This document shows, in pieces, positions 47,401-60,912 of a DNA stretch of 64,000 nucleotides. Source of the DNA: Psammoneis japonica (taxonomy: Eukaryota); contig QPGO01000037.1 of NCBI GenBank assembly GCA_008632985.1, forward strand, positions 186,001 through 250,000, in the 5' to 3' direction. A model generated the notes under the pieces. That model saw only the letters and a list, made by a program, of their open reading frames with translations. It was not told the origin of the DNA and ran no database searches. Within the stretch, counting starts at the first letter, position 1. Each line of letters opens with the position of its first letter. Made by a program: the position numbers and the translations under genes.

Positions 47401-49166
47401 GCCCTTCTCCGGCTCTTCCTGAGCTTCGGGTATAAATGTGTCTGGCGCAAACTCATCCGACAAGACTGGAGCAAAACCATCTTTTCCGGATGCCTGCTCC
47501 TGCACAACAGACTCCAACATTTCAAGATACTCCTCACGGTCCGCCTGCGCTTTGGACTCCAACACAAAGTCACTCGGAATCGTCGACTCTCGATCTAGAG
47601 AATTCAAAAAACAAGCGTCAGGCACAAGCCCGAGGAAGAGACAAGCAAAGCCACCAAGCGTCGTCTATGCATATACGTACTGGCTTTAAGATCTTGTTTT
47701 CTCCATCGTTCGTTATCACGACTGGCGGTCATCTTCTTGTTGTCGTAATACACGGTTTCGTGCGCACCAAGTGTTGTCATGAACTCTTGAAGGCGTTTAC
47801 CCGACACAATTGATCCTGAATCCGTCAAGTAGGGGAGTGGCCCACCCTTTTTCTTTCGCCACCTGGTTCGGAGTTGTTTGTATGTATAAAACAACAAATC
47901 AAAAGCTTCATCGGCAATATCGAGTGCAGGCATGTGCGGCAAAAAGTCGTTCCCTACGAAAAAGGTCATAAACACAAAGTCATCAATGGTTCGTTCCAAG
48001 TCCCACTTGTTTTGGGGAACAACATTTCGAGTCTCGAATTCGAATGCCAAGTAGTCTCTTAAAATACCCATGTGCAGGAATTCAAAATTGTGGTTGTGAA
48101 TGTACCGCGACAAGGCCACGCCGGTTGCCGATGAAAACACATCGCCATCGCTTTCCAGCGTGGCGGCTGCGGACAAGCGTTTTTGTCGTCGTAAATCAAA
48201 CACGACTTCTTCTCGCAACAAGACCAAATTGTGCTCATGTGTGGCCAAACCCAGCATGACCAAATCACCGTCTTGTCCCATGATGCAATGGCGAAGGTTG
48301 GGATGGTACCGTTTTCCAACATGTTGTTCCTTGCGAATAAAGTCCATAATTTTGTGTTCTCCCTCTCCGGGAACGTTGGGACCGGAAAACACAATGGTCA
48401 AGTGTTGCCACTTTGGGTCGTTGGTGAGCTTGTATTTTATGAAATGTTCCAAATGATTGATGCAATTGGTAAAAAAGGGTGTGCCCGGCGTAATTTCATT
48501 GGAACTAAAGGGTGCGCTGCCGTCCGCGTACGCAGAGTCGGACGATATTGGTTCTTCTGTATCTTGCGTTTCAAACGTTCCAGTAAATCGACCAGGTTCC
48601 ACTTCCTCCAAAACACTGTCGGTTTCCTTGGAGTATGAATAGGATATATCATCTTCTCGGATCCTGTCATCACCGTCTTTTAATTTCTTTTCTCGTTCTT
48701 TTGCCAAATGCGCTTCATAGACGGTCCTCTCAATTTCTCCTTCCTTTCCACTACGGTATCGTCTAGAACGTTGCTGATTTAATTTAGCACGAGGTGCGAC
48801 TCCGTCAATCGCCATGTACACCAACTCGGTAGGCTGTGCCATGTCACGAATGATGCGATCGAGATAATAACAAACATTGTTGAAAATTTCGTCATGCGTC
48901 ACGCCCTCTGCATCGCTTCCGTTTTCGTCGTCCTCGTTGTTATTATGACTGCATCCGTGAATAATACCATTCATATCAATGTAGAGACGATCAATGGGTG
49001 GTGCCTTGCTGACGGTTGCCATGGGATCGGGTGGCTCGACGGGATCGGGAGGTGCATGGCCGTCAAAGTGCTCTTGGTAGGTTTCCACGCTTGGAACAAA
49101 CGCCACGCGTTGATTTATTTTGGGATATCGTTCCGATAACCAACGGAAAAACTTTGGGACACCCAT
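44491..49166 (-). CDS. XRN-family 5'-3' exoribonuclease fused in frame to a proteasome beta5-type subunit (~1460 aa)
   Basis: XRN: MGVPKFFRWLSERYP, LYIDMNGIIH, AIDGVAPRAK, GEGEHKI, GQDGDL, GNDFLP, WYYPYHYGP, PFEQLM, WEAVVLLPFID. beta5: HG/TTTL..DSRAS..K..GTMAGGAADC..VGSGS..RDAFSGG. Introns 47680-47595, 47147-47027 and 45099-45019 all keep the phase. Likely 1-bp error near 44570 (track ORF stops at 44532; corrected stop 44491). Confidence 0.85.
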
Positions 49167-49617
49167 AATGATGTATCAACAGAGCGTGTGTGTTGCTTGT
49201 CGATCCAACAACGACAACGACCGATCTTTGTCAGCAACGGAAGATGCGGTTGTGCGAAGCGTTGATGAACGAACGTGTGGGCGGCGGCGGTTCCTCAATT
49301 TCGCGGGGTTTTGTCCGTTCGTCTCACGTTTGGTGGCGCCTCCAGTCCCGGAGCGAGCCACTGATCCAACGACCGTTTTTCTCACATTGATGCGGCAATC
49401 CCACAAGAGTAACACGTTTCATCACACTCAAGAGTGTATTTTAAGTGCATCGTTTGGGTCCTTGCTGCAATTGAAAGGCAGCGGTTATTGTGAAAAGTGC
49501 GATATACAAGAGGGAATTGCTAAACCAAAGGAAAACGACAAATCATTGGAAGCTAGCACCACGCAACGACCAATACTTCATTCTGCCGTTACCGACGTGG
49601 TGAACCACCACAATACA

Positions 49618-50313
49618 ATGCGTTGGCGATCGTTCGTGTGTATCTTGTCGTTCATCACGGTCCTGATTTGTGGTTGTGGGGCCTATTGTACCGGTTGTTT
49701 GAGAAAGTCACGATTTGTTCGAGAGCATGGATTTGTTGATGGCGTACAAAAGACCAAGAACGGACAGAACGGCAACTCATCGATATCTGCGACACATACT
49801 GAACGCTTCGATACCACAGAATTGAACAGATCAAGACCAACCAGCTACAACAATACAGTGGTGACTCGAAGCAAGAAGACATTTCTTCGACCTTGGAATA
49901 AAACTCAACTTGGTCGGAGACTGGACTCGAGAAAGGTGGAACGCGGAACCAAGCTATTCATTTTGGGTGGCGTTCTCGTTGCAATCTTTGTCTTGGGACT
50001 CATCCTTATGCACGTATGCAAGCGATGCGGAATTTGGTACAAGCAAACCAACATCAAAATCAATACGCTCCGAATTGAAAAAGTCAAGGTTGCACCCAAC
50101 GTACCAGCCACAAAGAAGTTGGAGCCTCACGTTCGAATACAACACTTGTTTCGAGCCATGGTGGTGGTGACCAAGATCCCTGAGCAGAGCAAAGCCAAGT
50201 GCACGCCCGTCAAGGTCAAGGCACGCAATCCACCCATTGCGAGAATAACCGTAGTGTTGGATGCGCCGCCGACAAAAGAGCTATCCAAAGAAGAACAAGA
50301 ATCAAAAGTGTAG
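49618..50313 (+). CDS. Hypothetical single-pass membrane protein with signal peptide
   Basis: MRWRSFVCILSFITVLICGCGA signal; TM LFILGGVLVAIFVLGLILM. Divergent from the XRN gene across ~450 bp. Confidence 0.6.
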   Translation: MRWRSFVCILSFITVLICGCGAYCTGCLRKSRFVREHGFVDGVQKTKNGQNGNSSISATHTERFDTTELNRSRPTSYNNTVVTRSKKTFLRPWNKTQLGRRLDSRKVERGTKLFILGGVLVAIFVLGLILMHVCKRCGIWYKQTNIKINTLRIEKVKVAPNVPATKKLEPHVRIQHLFRAMVVVTKIPEQSKAKCTPVKVKARNPPIARITVVLDAPPTKELSKEEQESKV

Positions 50314-50706
50314 CACAAAATATAAGTTATTTCTAGTATAGACTCAAACAATGGTACTCGTTGTTCCATCATACAAGTAGCTCACCCGTCGTCATTGTCA
50401 ATCGTTTCGTGTGCTTCGTGCCGATGAGTGCCGATGAGCGGAGCTTTTTTCTGGCATTGCAAAGATCACACGCCCAAGACAAATAAAAGGAGCGCGCCAG
50501 CTTTTCTGGCTTTTCAGCTCACCGGACACACGTAGATTCTACGTACCCCTGGTATATATTGAATTCAAATCGGTCGAAAAAAATCGCACACTCGACGGCC
50601 GACGACAAACACCACACACAACGCACAACGCAACGCACACCAAAAAACAACAACAACGTCGTTGATTGACGACAGTCTTCTTGCAAAACAACAACGACAT
50701 CATACA

Positions 50707-51556
50707 ATGCCTTCCTATTACGACATTGATTACATTCTCGCACAAGAGGAACTCATGCCATGCACAACGTCGTTTGATTTTTCACGACTCGCTCATTTAT
50801 CGACAACGTCGGTCGGCAACAAGCAAAAGCACTATCTGGAAAAAGGTACACAAATCAAAATGCCGCTGTGGGCAATCGATAAGTGGGCGCCGTTGGGCTT
50901 TGTTCGAATGACGCTACCAAAGCATTACGGCACCAAGGCACGACAACGACTACAAGCCGATCCGGCACAGGCGAATTTGAGGTAAGTACATATGAGTGTA
51001 AACGATATGCAGCGGTATGTTTCTCGCTCATGGTATTCTCACTTTATCGATTTTTTTGGTATTGTTCAGAAAACAAAACGAATTCTTCTTCTTATCGGGA
51101 CGATCCTTGATTGATTTGGTAGACCGATGCGCCTCTCAAGTCAATCGAAAGGACCGAAAGAGTGTTGCAGCCATGACTCTGCTTTCCAATCAGGTGACGG
51201 AACTGAAACGTACACTGTTGCTGGTGAGCATCTTTATATAGTGAAAGTTCTTTTGTTTCATACAGATACACAATAAGCTCACAAATCACCGTTTCCGTTT
51301 CTTACAGACCTTTACGGGCGAACGCTTGGAACGCTCTCTGGATTTAATGTTGTCGGGGTACGGTCAAGATTTGACGCATTATGCGCGACTGCTGGATGAA
51401 ATGGAGGTTCAATTGCTCATGCGGGGAGTAGCATCGACCGCGGCACACGAGAAATGGAAGAATTGTACGCATGGACGGATTCAAATCCCACTCTATTTGC
51501 GAGCCGTGACTCCGGATAACAATTCGTCTTCGAATAAGCGTCAGAAACTGGAATAA
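50707..51556 (+). CDS. PSF3: GINS complex subunit Psf3
   Basis: MPSYYDIDYILAQEE..MPLW..LQADP..NLR; introns 50982-51069 and 51224-51307; C-terminal LDEMEVQL. Confidence 0.9.
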
Positions 51557-52479
51557 CAAAAATACGAATAAATATTAGAACGGGGGTTTTGTTGGCTGAA
51601 GAAGAAGAATCAGGTAGTTGTTCTACCTGTGTTACTGTATGTTCGACTGTGTTTTGCGTGGGTTTGTTCCCGCTCAAGCCACGCAGAATTGACAAAATGT
51701 AGCACGACAAGTGATAACGGTGACCAAAGACGATCTCTGTACAGTAATTTGCAGTTCAATTATTTGAACCGAAAGTTACAACAGGCCTGCGGCAGCTGTG
51801 CCAGGGCCTGGAGAGGCTGAGGTACAAGCAGCATGCCTGATGGACCACCTCCCAACTGTTGTGCACGACTCTCTTTGTGATCGCCTTTTGAGTCTCCATC
51901 TTGAAAAAAAAAGACCACAGACAAGTGATCTGGGCAGGAGTTGCCATTGTTTCATCTTGGAATGTCCCCACATCATTGAATCGTGATCCAGTGTGGTGTT
52001 GTGAGTCAACAGAAATGATGGCCACATGAGGTGTGCATTCTTGTTGCTTGAGGAAGGTTTCAAGAGCAGCTGGGAGGGTGGGTTGGTTCTTGGAGAGTGG
52101 AGCTTGCTTGGGGCTTGCCTTTTCATCAACACCTCCAATGACAACATGAGTGAGTGCCCAGTTTCTGCTTGCTTCACATGTGGTTGCAGATGAACACATT
52201 GAATGATTTCAAGCCCATGTGCCACCCGTTTCATGCACTCAAAAAAAAACTGGTGTGTTCCAAACTGCTGACAAACACAACACCAGCTCAGTCATTTGCA
52301 GTGGGAGGCTGAGGGCTGCTGCTTTTTTGCACCCAAGAAACTTGCTCAACACCAATGGCTGACATTTTCTTTGTTTTCCTGCACCATCAAGCACTCCTCA
52401 AATTGTGGTTGCAAAACAAAACTCCTTTGTGTTGGCAGCTTTCTGGTCCAGAGGCATCTGAAATCAAAGGACAGCCCTT

Positions 52480-52740
52480 CATCTCTCTGACATGACTGGG
52501 TTTCTTGGCCCAGCCACCCCACCTGCAAAAACAAGAATACCATCTCTGTGACAGTGCGAGTGCTCTGTTGTCTTGGGGTGGCCTTGGATGACTTGATCGG
52601 GTCCCAGAGAATGCAACACCAACAATGATGGGAAGCAAAGGCCTTGTCTTGTGTCAGTGTGGCACCTTGTCTCTCTGGCATGACTGGGTTTGGCCCATCC
52701 AAGAACTGGAATGACTGGGTTTGGACTAGCCAAGAACCGC
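52480..52740. repeat. Short diverged direct repeats
   Basis: ATGACTGGGTTT..GG(C/A)C..CC at ~52492, ~52680 and ~52711. Confidence 0.6.
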
Positions 52741-54139
52741 AATGCTGCAAGAAAGACAAGGGAGCTGTCTGTGTGACAGCGCAACCTCTGGCTGAGGATC
52801 AAAATGTTTGTGGATGCTGCAGCGCAGCTCCCAAAAATTCCAAAACATCACGTCATGCACAATCTCCTGCAAGAGTCTCTGTTGGAAGCACAGTGGTGCA
52901 ATGCACAAATGAATTGTGCCATTGGAGATGGATGACAGCTGGATGCCAGGAACTTCATCAGTGTGCTGAGCAACACAGGCAAACCTGTGGCTCCAAAAGC
53001 AAGGGGCATCTCTCTCACACAAGAAGAAGGAGAGAGAAAAAGAGACAACAGATGTGCAAGATTGGACTGAATTGTTGTGCGCATTCCCCACCAGCTGCAC
53101 CAGATCATTTGTGGACAACCCAAGCAATTGTCAAGTTGGTTGAAGAGGCCTGTGATGAAGATGCTGATGATGATGAAAAACACTTTGCAAGAGAATGCTG
53201 TGCCCCAATGTTTTGTGAGTTCTTTGCCTGGGGTGGTGGCTGCCCCAATCTGTGGTTGTTTGCCGGCAACAACATTCAATGGAAGTGCACAAGACTGTTG
53301 AGGCAGCAAGTCAATGTCACCAAAAGGGAATCCTGTTGGGCTTCCTGTGCCACTCATTGCACTTGCCCTGGTTGATGTCATGCATAGAAGAACATGCATC
53401 AGTGAGATTGTCAGGTGTCAACAGATGCCACTTGTTGTTGTTGAACCAGACAATTCACTCCAAAGAGTGAGCATGAAAAGTTGGCAAGATTGCAGCCAAT
53501 GACAAAGGACATTCTCCAAAGAATAGTCATCAGTGTGCCACTTCAGGGTTTAAAAGACATGACTTCATCTCCGGGTCATGCCACTGTGTCCCTCAAACTG
53601 GATGCTCCAAGACACTCCTGCCACTCTCACTGATGTTCAAGAGACTTGGAATGAGAAATTGAACAACCTTGTCTCCCATGACGCCACTCGTCCCATCAAT
53701 GCTTTCAATGTCTTGGTTGCCATGACACAGATTGGCATGATGTCCTTCCTCCAAGAAATCGATCATGTCATCGAATTTGGTTGTGCAGTCCTTCACAGCT
53801 GCCAAGAAATGCCCAATGAGGGCATGACTGATGCTTTCTTTAAAATGATGTCATCTGGCAGATCAATGGGCAGTTGCTTGACCCAATTGTCAATTCTCTC
53901 TGGGAGCAGTTCTGGGAACTCCATTCTTTGACATGTCCATGACATTCCCAGTCTTGCAACCTTGATGTTGCAATGGAAAAATGTCGCCACTTTTCTGGCA
54001 TTGAAGGTCCCTCTGGCTGGGTCCCCAACCAGTTTGCATTGGTCTTGGGTTCCACCAGCTTCTCTTGTGACTCTGTTCATCAAGGAACCACAGCTCCCTT
54101 GCATTTTCATGAGGGACAACCAGCTGTGCTGCAATCACA

Positions 54140-54560
54140 CAGCCAGTCCTTGACTTTGCAACTGAAGGGTCTTCAGGGTGTTCAGAGCCCCACAAGCCAC
54201 AAAAGTCAGCATCAACCCAACAATCAATTTGGAATCTAGAGTGAAAGCAAAAGGTCAAACCATGGTCCCTTGTGCCCTTCAAATGCCTCAGGATCCTCTT
54301 GACTGCTGTTGCATGACATGCCATGGGATCGTGAGTGAATCTGGCCACTTGGTGGATTGCAAAACGACAATCTGGTCTTGAATTGCTGGATGAGTGCAAC
54401 AGCATGCACACAACTTGTGGACAGCTCCATGGTTCCTCAAACAATGCGCATGAGTGGTGTTGCAAAGCTGGTGCCCTCTGTTGAAGCAAGGACATCACCA
54501 CAAACTGCCTGCACACAGGCAAAGGTCCACACAACAACAGCTGCATCTCAAGCAATGGCA
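54140..54560 (-). mobile_element. Degenerate Ty1/Copia RT-RNase H junction fragment
   Basis: SNSRPDCRFAIHQVARFTHDP..HATAVKRILRHLKGTRDHGL..CWVDADFCGLW..SRTGCVI (consensus RYLKGT, YVDADF, SRTGY). Confidence 0.9.
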
Positions 54561-55159
54561 GTGCTCAGCATCTCACCACCACCACCCACCCAACTGTCAT
54601 TGAGAAAGCCATTTTGTCACAAATTGTGAATTTGTGTGAGGAGCAGGTCATGTGAATGCAAAGACAGAGCAAGCAAAACATCTGAAACTTTGGCATCTGA
54701 CATGGTTGACATTTTGTAAACACCAAGAATTGCCACTCCCCAGGCAGCTCAACAAGCATCTCAAACAGACAAACCCCCATCCAATGTGACATCATCTTCT
54801 GACAACAGATGTGCCTCATCATCCATGTCTTGCTCCTTGTGAAGACTGTCACCAGCACAGTCACCATCCTCAACTTGTCCATTGTGATTTTTCACTGTTT
54901 CTTCCTTTTGATTGCAACACCTTTCATCCAGTTGCACTGACAAGCATTCTTGTTTCTCTTGTCCACACACTCCAAAGCAGTGTGGGTTTCTGTTGCTGTT
55001 GTCTGCTCTGCGTTTGGGCACCAATCTTTTCCACCAGCACACTGTTGCTCAAACTTGAGCAGCACCTCAAATGAAGCAAGGAACAGGCAACCAAAAAAGA
55101 GTGGTGATTGATGGGCCAAACATGTCAAACTTTGTTGCATGTGTGCTGCTCCACACCTC

Positions 55160-57450
55160 TCAGTGATCCATGCAAGTGCACACAGTTAGATCATCAACCC
55201 AAAGGTGGTGATCATCATTGTGTCTCTCCTCCTTCATGTGAGCCACAGTTCTTGCAAACAAGTGGTCATGATCTTCAAGCTCAGTCATTGGCCTGTCCAG
55301 CAAACCAAGTTGGTTGAGACCTCCAAAGAGCACAACAAAGTTGTCCACTGGGCATGTGTTTGTGATTCCTCTGCATGATGGTGTGCCTTCCACACCCCTC
55401 CTTGGTGGATCAAACATCCTTGCCAGGATGGCACTGCTGTCATTGCCAGAAACGAAGCATGTGACTGCTTTCTGAACTTCTCTCTTGCTTGCAGTGGTTG
55501 GTGCTGCTGTTTTAGAAAATTTCCATGCATGCTTCTTGAGCAGCTTCTGAGATGTGTCAGGTGCTCTCCAATCATTTGTTAATTTGCACCTTTTTCCCTT
55601 GCTCTGTGGCTTGTTGCAGCCACTTTGAATGGCCACAAATGAGCCATGGCAAATGGAGATGCCTGCCTTCACCATCCTCCTGTCCACTTTGTCAGAGTTG
55701 CAGAACATCCACATGCGAAGAAGTGCTTGTCCAATCATCATTTTTTTTTTCCAACACAGTGCAGCTTTTAAAGTGCCTCCCAACATTTTCTTGAGCATTG
55801 GTGTCACTGCAAAGCCTTGAGCTTTTTTGGTTGCTCATCACTGAGATTTTTGCAAGTGTAAAAAAAAAAGAACCATTGCTTGCTTTGGGTTGAGACACCA
55901 CTTCAGCACAAGAAGCAGCATTTGGGAAGGTGCTGAAAAGCATTTGGCAGCAAGTCTCAAGTTTTTTGAACTCTCCTTGGGCAAATGATCTCATCTCATT
56001 AACCTGGCAGTTGAACTTGCCTTCCAAGTCAGCAGAGACAACGCCTCTGTTGCACGCAACTCTTGAGTGGGAATTTTCAAAATGAACATTGCTGAATTTG
56101 CAGAAGTGGCTTGTGTTGTCAACTGCCACCCTTGAGATTGTTAGACTTTTCTTTTGCAAATGCTTTCATGGCTAAAAAAGACTTTTCCACAGGGCTTCTG
56201 AGAAGTTGCTGGTGTTCCCAGGAAATTCCTCCACAAACTGGGGCCATGACTGAGCTCTTGTGCACCTGAGCCCTGAGCACAGCCTGCCAGTGCACTTTGC
56301 AGTGCACTGCTGTTTTCCCAAACAGAATGCTGATGCAGAGAGAGGCTCACATTTGCAGGGTGAGGTCAAGCCCTGAGGTGAATGTGATGTTGATCTGGCC
56401 CTGAAATTTGGGGTCAAAAATGAACTCTTCTGCAGAGTCTGTCTGCAGGGGAGTGTCACCTTCTTTCAACAGCTTGACTACATTGTCATTGTTGTCGCAC
56501 AGTGATGTGTTGGCTGTCTGTGGCAAGTTGTTCACTTTGAATGAAGGAGCTGTCCATGTCATTTTTGAAGTTTACAAGCTCTGCAATTGAAGACCAAACA
56601 GACAGAGGCTTCAGGACATGTTGGCACAAGGTTTTCACTCTGTCCAAGTTGTGCAGAGCTGGGTGGAGCTTTGAAACTGGGGCCCTGGTCTCATTGCCAT
56701 CCCTCAGCTGTGATGGAGTTGCCTCTGGTGTGAGCTGCACAAGGAGATCAAAGTCCTGCTGTGCTTGATGCATCAGCATGGAGGGTGGTGGTGGAGACTT
56801 GAGTGTTTGTGCATTCCTTTGTGCTGCATGAGCCAAGCAGACCCTCCTGCATTTGTAAAGGTCATTGTGCACATGCAAGGAATGTGCTTCATTGGCAGCA
56901 GCTTCCCATCTGGGTCTCTCTGGCAGATGGGGCAAACCAGCTTTGATGACATGGGGGGCCCAAACTTCTTTCATTTGCCTTGTGTCTGGCAGGGCCTCTC
57001 AAGAAAAATGGCACAACTTGAGCAAACACAGACACCCAGGCAGTGCTTGTAAATTGTCTTTTTGTTGCCTTGCTCAACACTGGAGTGAAAACACTGGAGC
57101 AAACACACATTGCCCAGCCAACAACTGGGTGGCAATCTGGCAAGCCTCCAGCAACAGCCTGCTCTCAAGAGGATCTGGGAAACTTGGGGAAGCCTCCATC
57201 TGTGGAGCCATCTGTGGCAGAGAAGCCTGGGACCAAGATGAATGATGGGGCTTTGTTTGAGGACATGGGGAAGCTTCTGGCAGGAAAACTTGCCCAACTC
57301 ATTGCCTGGGTGCTTTTCTGCCAATGGAAGATGGTGACAGCTGCAACACCTGGGCTCTTTGAGCTGCAGTTTTGCTGGTGTTGTGCCCTGTCTGCAAGAA
57401 ATTTGCAGGAGTGCCAGCAGGCCAAGGTCCAGCCAGGTTGGGAGGCACAA
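55160..57450 (-). mobile_element. Large decayed ORF, possibly DNA-transposon derived
   Basis: Coding-like minus fragments (KEVWAPHVIKAGLP..NEAH; CKC..H; GITNTCPVDNF) loosely suggest transposase / Zn finger / cysteine-protease order. Family not securely recognisable. Confidence 0.25.
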
Positions 57451-60400
57451 AGCTGGTGCCTGTTGTGCTGTTGACCATCAAAAGCAAGTCTCCATTGTGC
57501 TGTTAGAACTCCATCCTCTCCAGCAAAAGCTCAGGCTGCACAAACTGAGCAAAGAAGCCTTGCTGTGCTTGAGCAGGGTGGCTCAGTTCATGGTGCTTTT
57601 CAAAAGTGCAAACTCTGTCAAAAGACCTTGAGCTGAGATTTTCTGTTTAAAAAATAAAATTGGGCTGCCATGTCCGGCAGGTGGGTCAGACTTCACTTTG
57701 AAAAAATGCAAAGTGCAGAAGAAAACAGCAAAGCAAAGATGGAGCTCACCAAGCAGAGGCTTGCAACGGGGGCTCAGTTCTGAACAAAAAACTTTCTCAG
57801 GCTCTTGCAAAGCAACCTTGTGCTGGAGAGGAGCAGGGGACCTTCTGGAAAGTGGCAGCAGCAGCAGGGTAGCCTCAGCTTGCTCTGTGAGAAAAGTTTC
57901 TTGAAGCAGAAAAGAGCTCCAACTTTTTCTAAGCTGATGATGCCTGTGGCTCTCTCAAACTGACAGCAATGCTCCCAATGCTCTGAGTGAATTAACTGGC
58001 CACCAGCAAATGCAGAAGCAGGGGCAGCAAGGCGTTGCCAGTTCTCCATGCAGAGTTTGCTCTGGGGCCCCTGCAAAAGCAGTTTTGGGCAAAACTTTCC
58101 AAACACAAGAGCACAAAGAGAGCATTCAAATTGTCAGTGCAGCCAAAAATTCAAACAACACTGGGAGTGCTCTGGATTGAAAAATCGGCCAACAGCAAAG
58201 CAAGATTGGCTAAAACCAGGTGTCTGCACAGAGTTTGCACCAGGGTCATCCTTGCAGCAGCAGTTTTTGGGGCAAAACTTTCCACACACAAGAGCAAACA
58301 CAATGCCGTTAAATTCTTTGTGTTGCCCAAATTTGGCATGAACTCAGGTGATGAGCAGAAACAAGGAGAGAAAAAGAGCTGGGTGTGGCAGAAACTGTGC
58401 AATTGTTGATCGGCGTTTGTTTGATGTTTTGATGTTTTGTGCATCGATGTGGTGCAAAAGGCATTGATTCAATGCAGAGCACAGAATTCCATGCAGTTTG
58501 TGCTGTGGACTTTTGTGGGATTAACCAAAGAAATTCTGGCTGTGCAGATGTTGGCACAAATTGTTGCACAACACAATTCTCCCTTTTTGCCATCAATTTG
58601 GTCATGAAGTGCATGCATTCTACATTCTTGCACCAGGGGATGGTGGTTTGGGCATGTCAGGGGCAGCACAAATGGCAACTCAGGTGTGTCAGTGGGGGTG
58701 TCACCCTTGTGCATTCAGGTGTGTCACCACAAGCAAACAAGTGTGTGTGACCCAGGCATGTTTTGTGTAGAGTCTACATGAGAGTGTGGTGATTTGACAC
58801 ACTTGGTCCAGAGGCTGCACTTCTGCTCTTGAGCCGCATTGTAGTTTGATGCCAGAGAGGGACCTGGAGTTGGTCAATGATCAAATGACAACTTGCAATG
58901 CCCTGAGTCATGTCAAACACAGACCTGGCCCCAAACAAAAAACAATGTTTTTTGACAACATCTCGAAAAGTCAGCATTGACTTTTTTAGATGTTCTTGGC
59001 ATGTTGGGAGCATCAGATGGTGGCTCTTCTAATGCAGAGAAACTGGCACCTTCATGATCTCATTTTTAAGATGCTTCATGCTTTGGCACTGTTGCAGCCA
59101 TCACACCATCATGTCACTGTGGCTGTTTGTGCTCACGTGGGGCTCGGGTGTTTTCAAAGTGGCCAAACACATTGCATGACTTCTGCAGTTGTTGACTTTC
59201 ATGCCATCAACAAAATGACTCTGGATTTGCCATGGACTGATTGTTGCCATTGCTGTTAAGTGTGTCATGTTGTTGGCACATTGCAGCTGACCATGGCAGG
59301 AAATTGACATCGGCAAAGAGAAAGCAACCCCACAATGGAGGTGCACTTTGATTGAGTTGAGTTGTGAGTTTGGAGAGTCATGGTCATTTTCAGCAGTTTC
59401 ACAATTCAACAACCACAGACAAATGTGCAGCCATGTGCGTGCATGACACACGGCGCAATGCAAAAAACTCTTGATGTCACAGTTCAGCAGCACGAGGTCC
59501 CACCCAGCTGGCAAAGCTGGAGCACATCGAAAGTTGCTTTCTTGTTTCCAAAAAAGAGAAGGCACATTGGTGGAAAAACAAAAAGATCAAGAGCAGGGAA
59601 CAGAGAACACAACAATGGTGCCTCAACTGGAGTCAACGAAGCAAGAGACAACAACAAAAAATGGCAAAAAGAGCAACACTCTGATGCTTGTTGCCCCAAA
59701 TTGAGACAGAGGCAGGTGTCACAATGAGAACAATGCTTCGTGCTGTTGTGTTTCTCAACAATTCTCCTCAGAAATGCCCCAGTTTGAATCCTGCAATTGT
59801 TTGTTTTTCAGGTCCGCACTAAGATGTGGCACCATGTGGTGGGTTTAATTGACAGTGATGAGTGGGGAAGGAAGAAAGCAGTGCAACATGTGAGAAAGAC
59901 AATGAGCAAGATCGGTGCAACCTCAAAAGCACCTCAAGAGGATGAGAGGAGCAAAGGCAAAGTGAAAGGTGAATTTTGACTTTGAAAGTCAAAAAAGTGT
60001 TCTGATTTTTTTGAAATTTCAAATTGTTCAGTCAAGTGCACCAATGACAATGTTCAATGGAAATGGAAGAAGAGCATCTCCAATGCAAGGATCAGCAAAC
60101 CGTTCACCCAACCACCAGTGGAACAAAGCCTCTGTGTGCTTTTTGAAACATTTTGTGGGTTTCATCCTTTTGTTGAAAAATAGAAAAAATGGGAAAGAAA
60201 AGCAACAAGAACAACAACAAGCAGAAGAAGACTTCCCACTGTGATCACGTGCCTCCATCGCAACAAAATGATGACAGCAGCAGCAGCGGTGGCAGTGGCA
60301 GCAGCAACAACTCCAGAACTTCCACAAGCAGCAGTGCCAACAGCAGCAACAATCACTCCACCAACTGTCAAGGCATGTTTCCTGAAATGTCATCAACAGA

Positions 60401-60912
60401 TGCCACAACTCCTGTGGAACCCATTGCCAAGTTTAAACCGGACATTCGGGAAGGAATGTTTCCATTTGCAGAGTGCACTTTAGATCATTTTGCTGCAGAG
60501 TTGGACAAGGCCCACAAGATTTTTCTCCAAGGAGTTCACCCACAGACAACACATCTTTGGCCTCGGAATGCGTTTCTGCAGCATGATGTCACTGTCCAGA
60601 CGTTGTGGTTCTTTCCAACAATCACATTGATGACATGCTTCAAACTGTGTTTAGACACGGAAATGGTGGAAAAACTGTGTCTCTTTCATCAGCCATTTCA
60701 GCTGTGATTTTGGCAATGTCAAGGCCTTTGATCCATTCCAACCAAGATGCCACTGCTTCTGTTGCACTGGATGGTCTCACTTCTCTTTTGGAGGCGGATA
60801 CTCCTGTGGGCTTGGAGGCTACATTTCCAGGTCAGTTTGGTGGCGTAACACACGCAAAAGTTCACCATTGGCGAGGAAACTTGTACCAGAAAATGCGCAA
60901 TGGAAAAGCCGA

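Noticed and set aside
49120..49617. 5' part of the 397-aa plus-strand ORF overlapping the XRN start
   Set aside because: The ATG at 49618 gives a clean signal peptide; the upstream part overlaps XRN antisense and its promoter.
52480..52740. CRISPR-like array
   Set aside because: Only ~3 diverged repeats with irregular spacing, in a eukaryotic context with no cas genes.
58450..59570. Helitron Rep motif in WLHICLWLL
   Set aside because: The preceding ExQxRG motif and helicase motifs are not visible.
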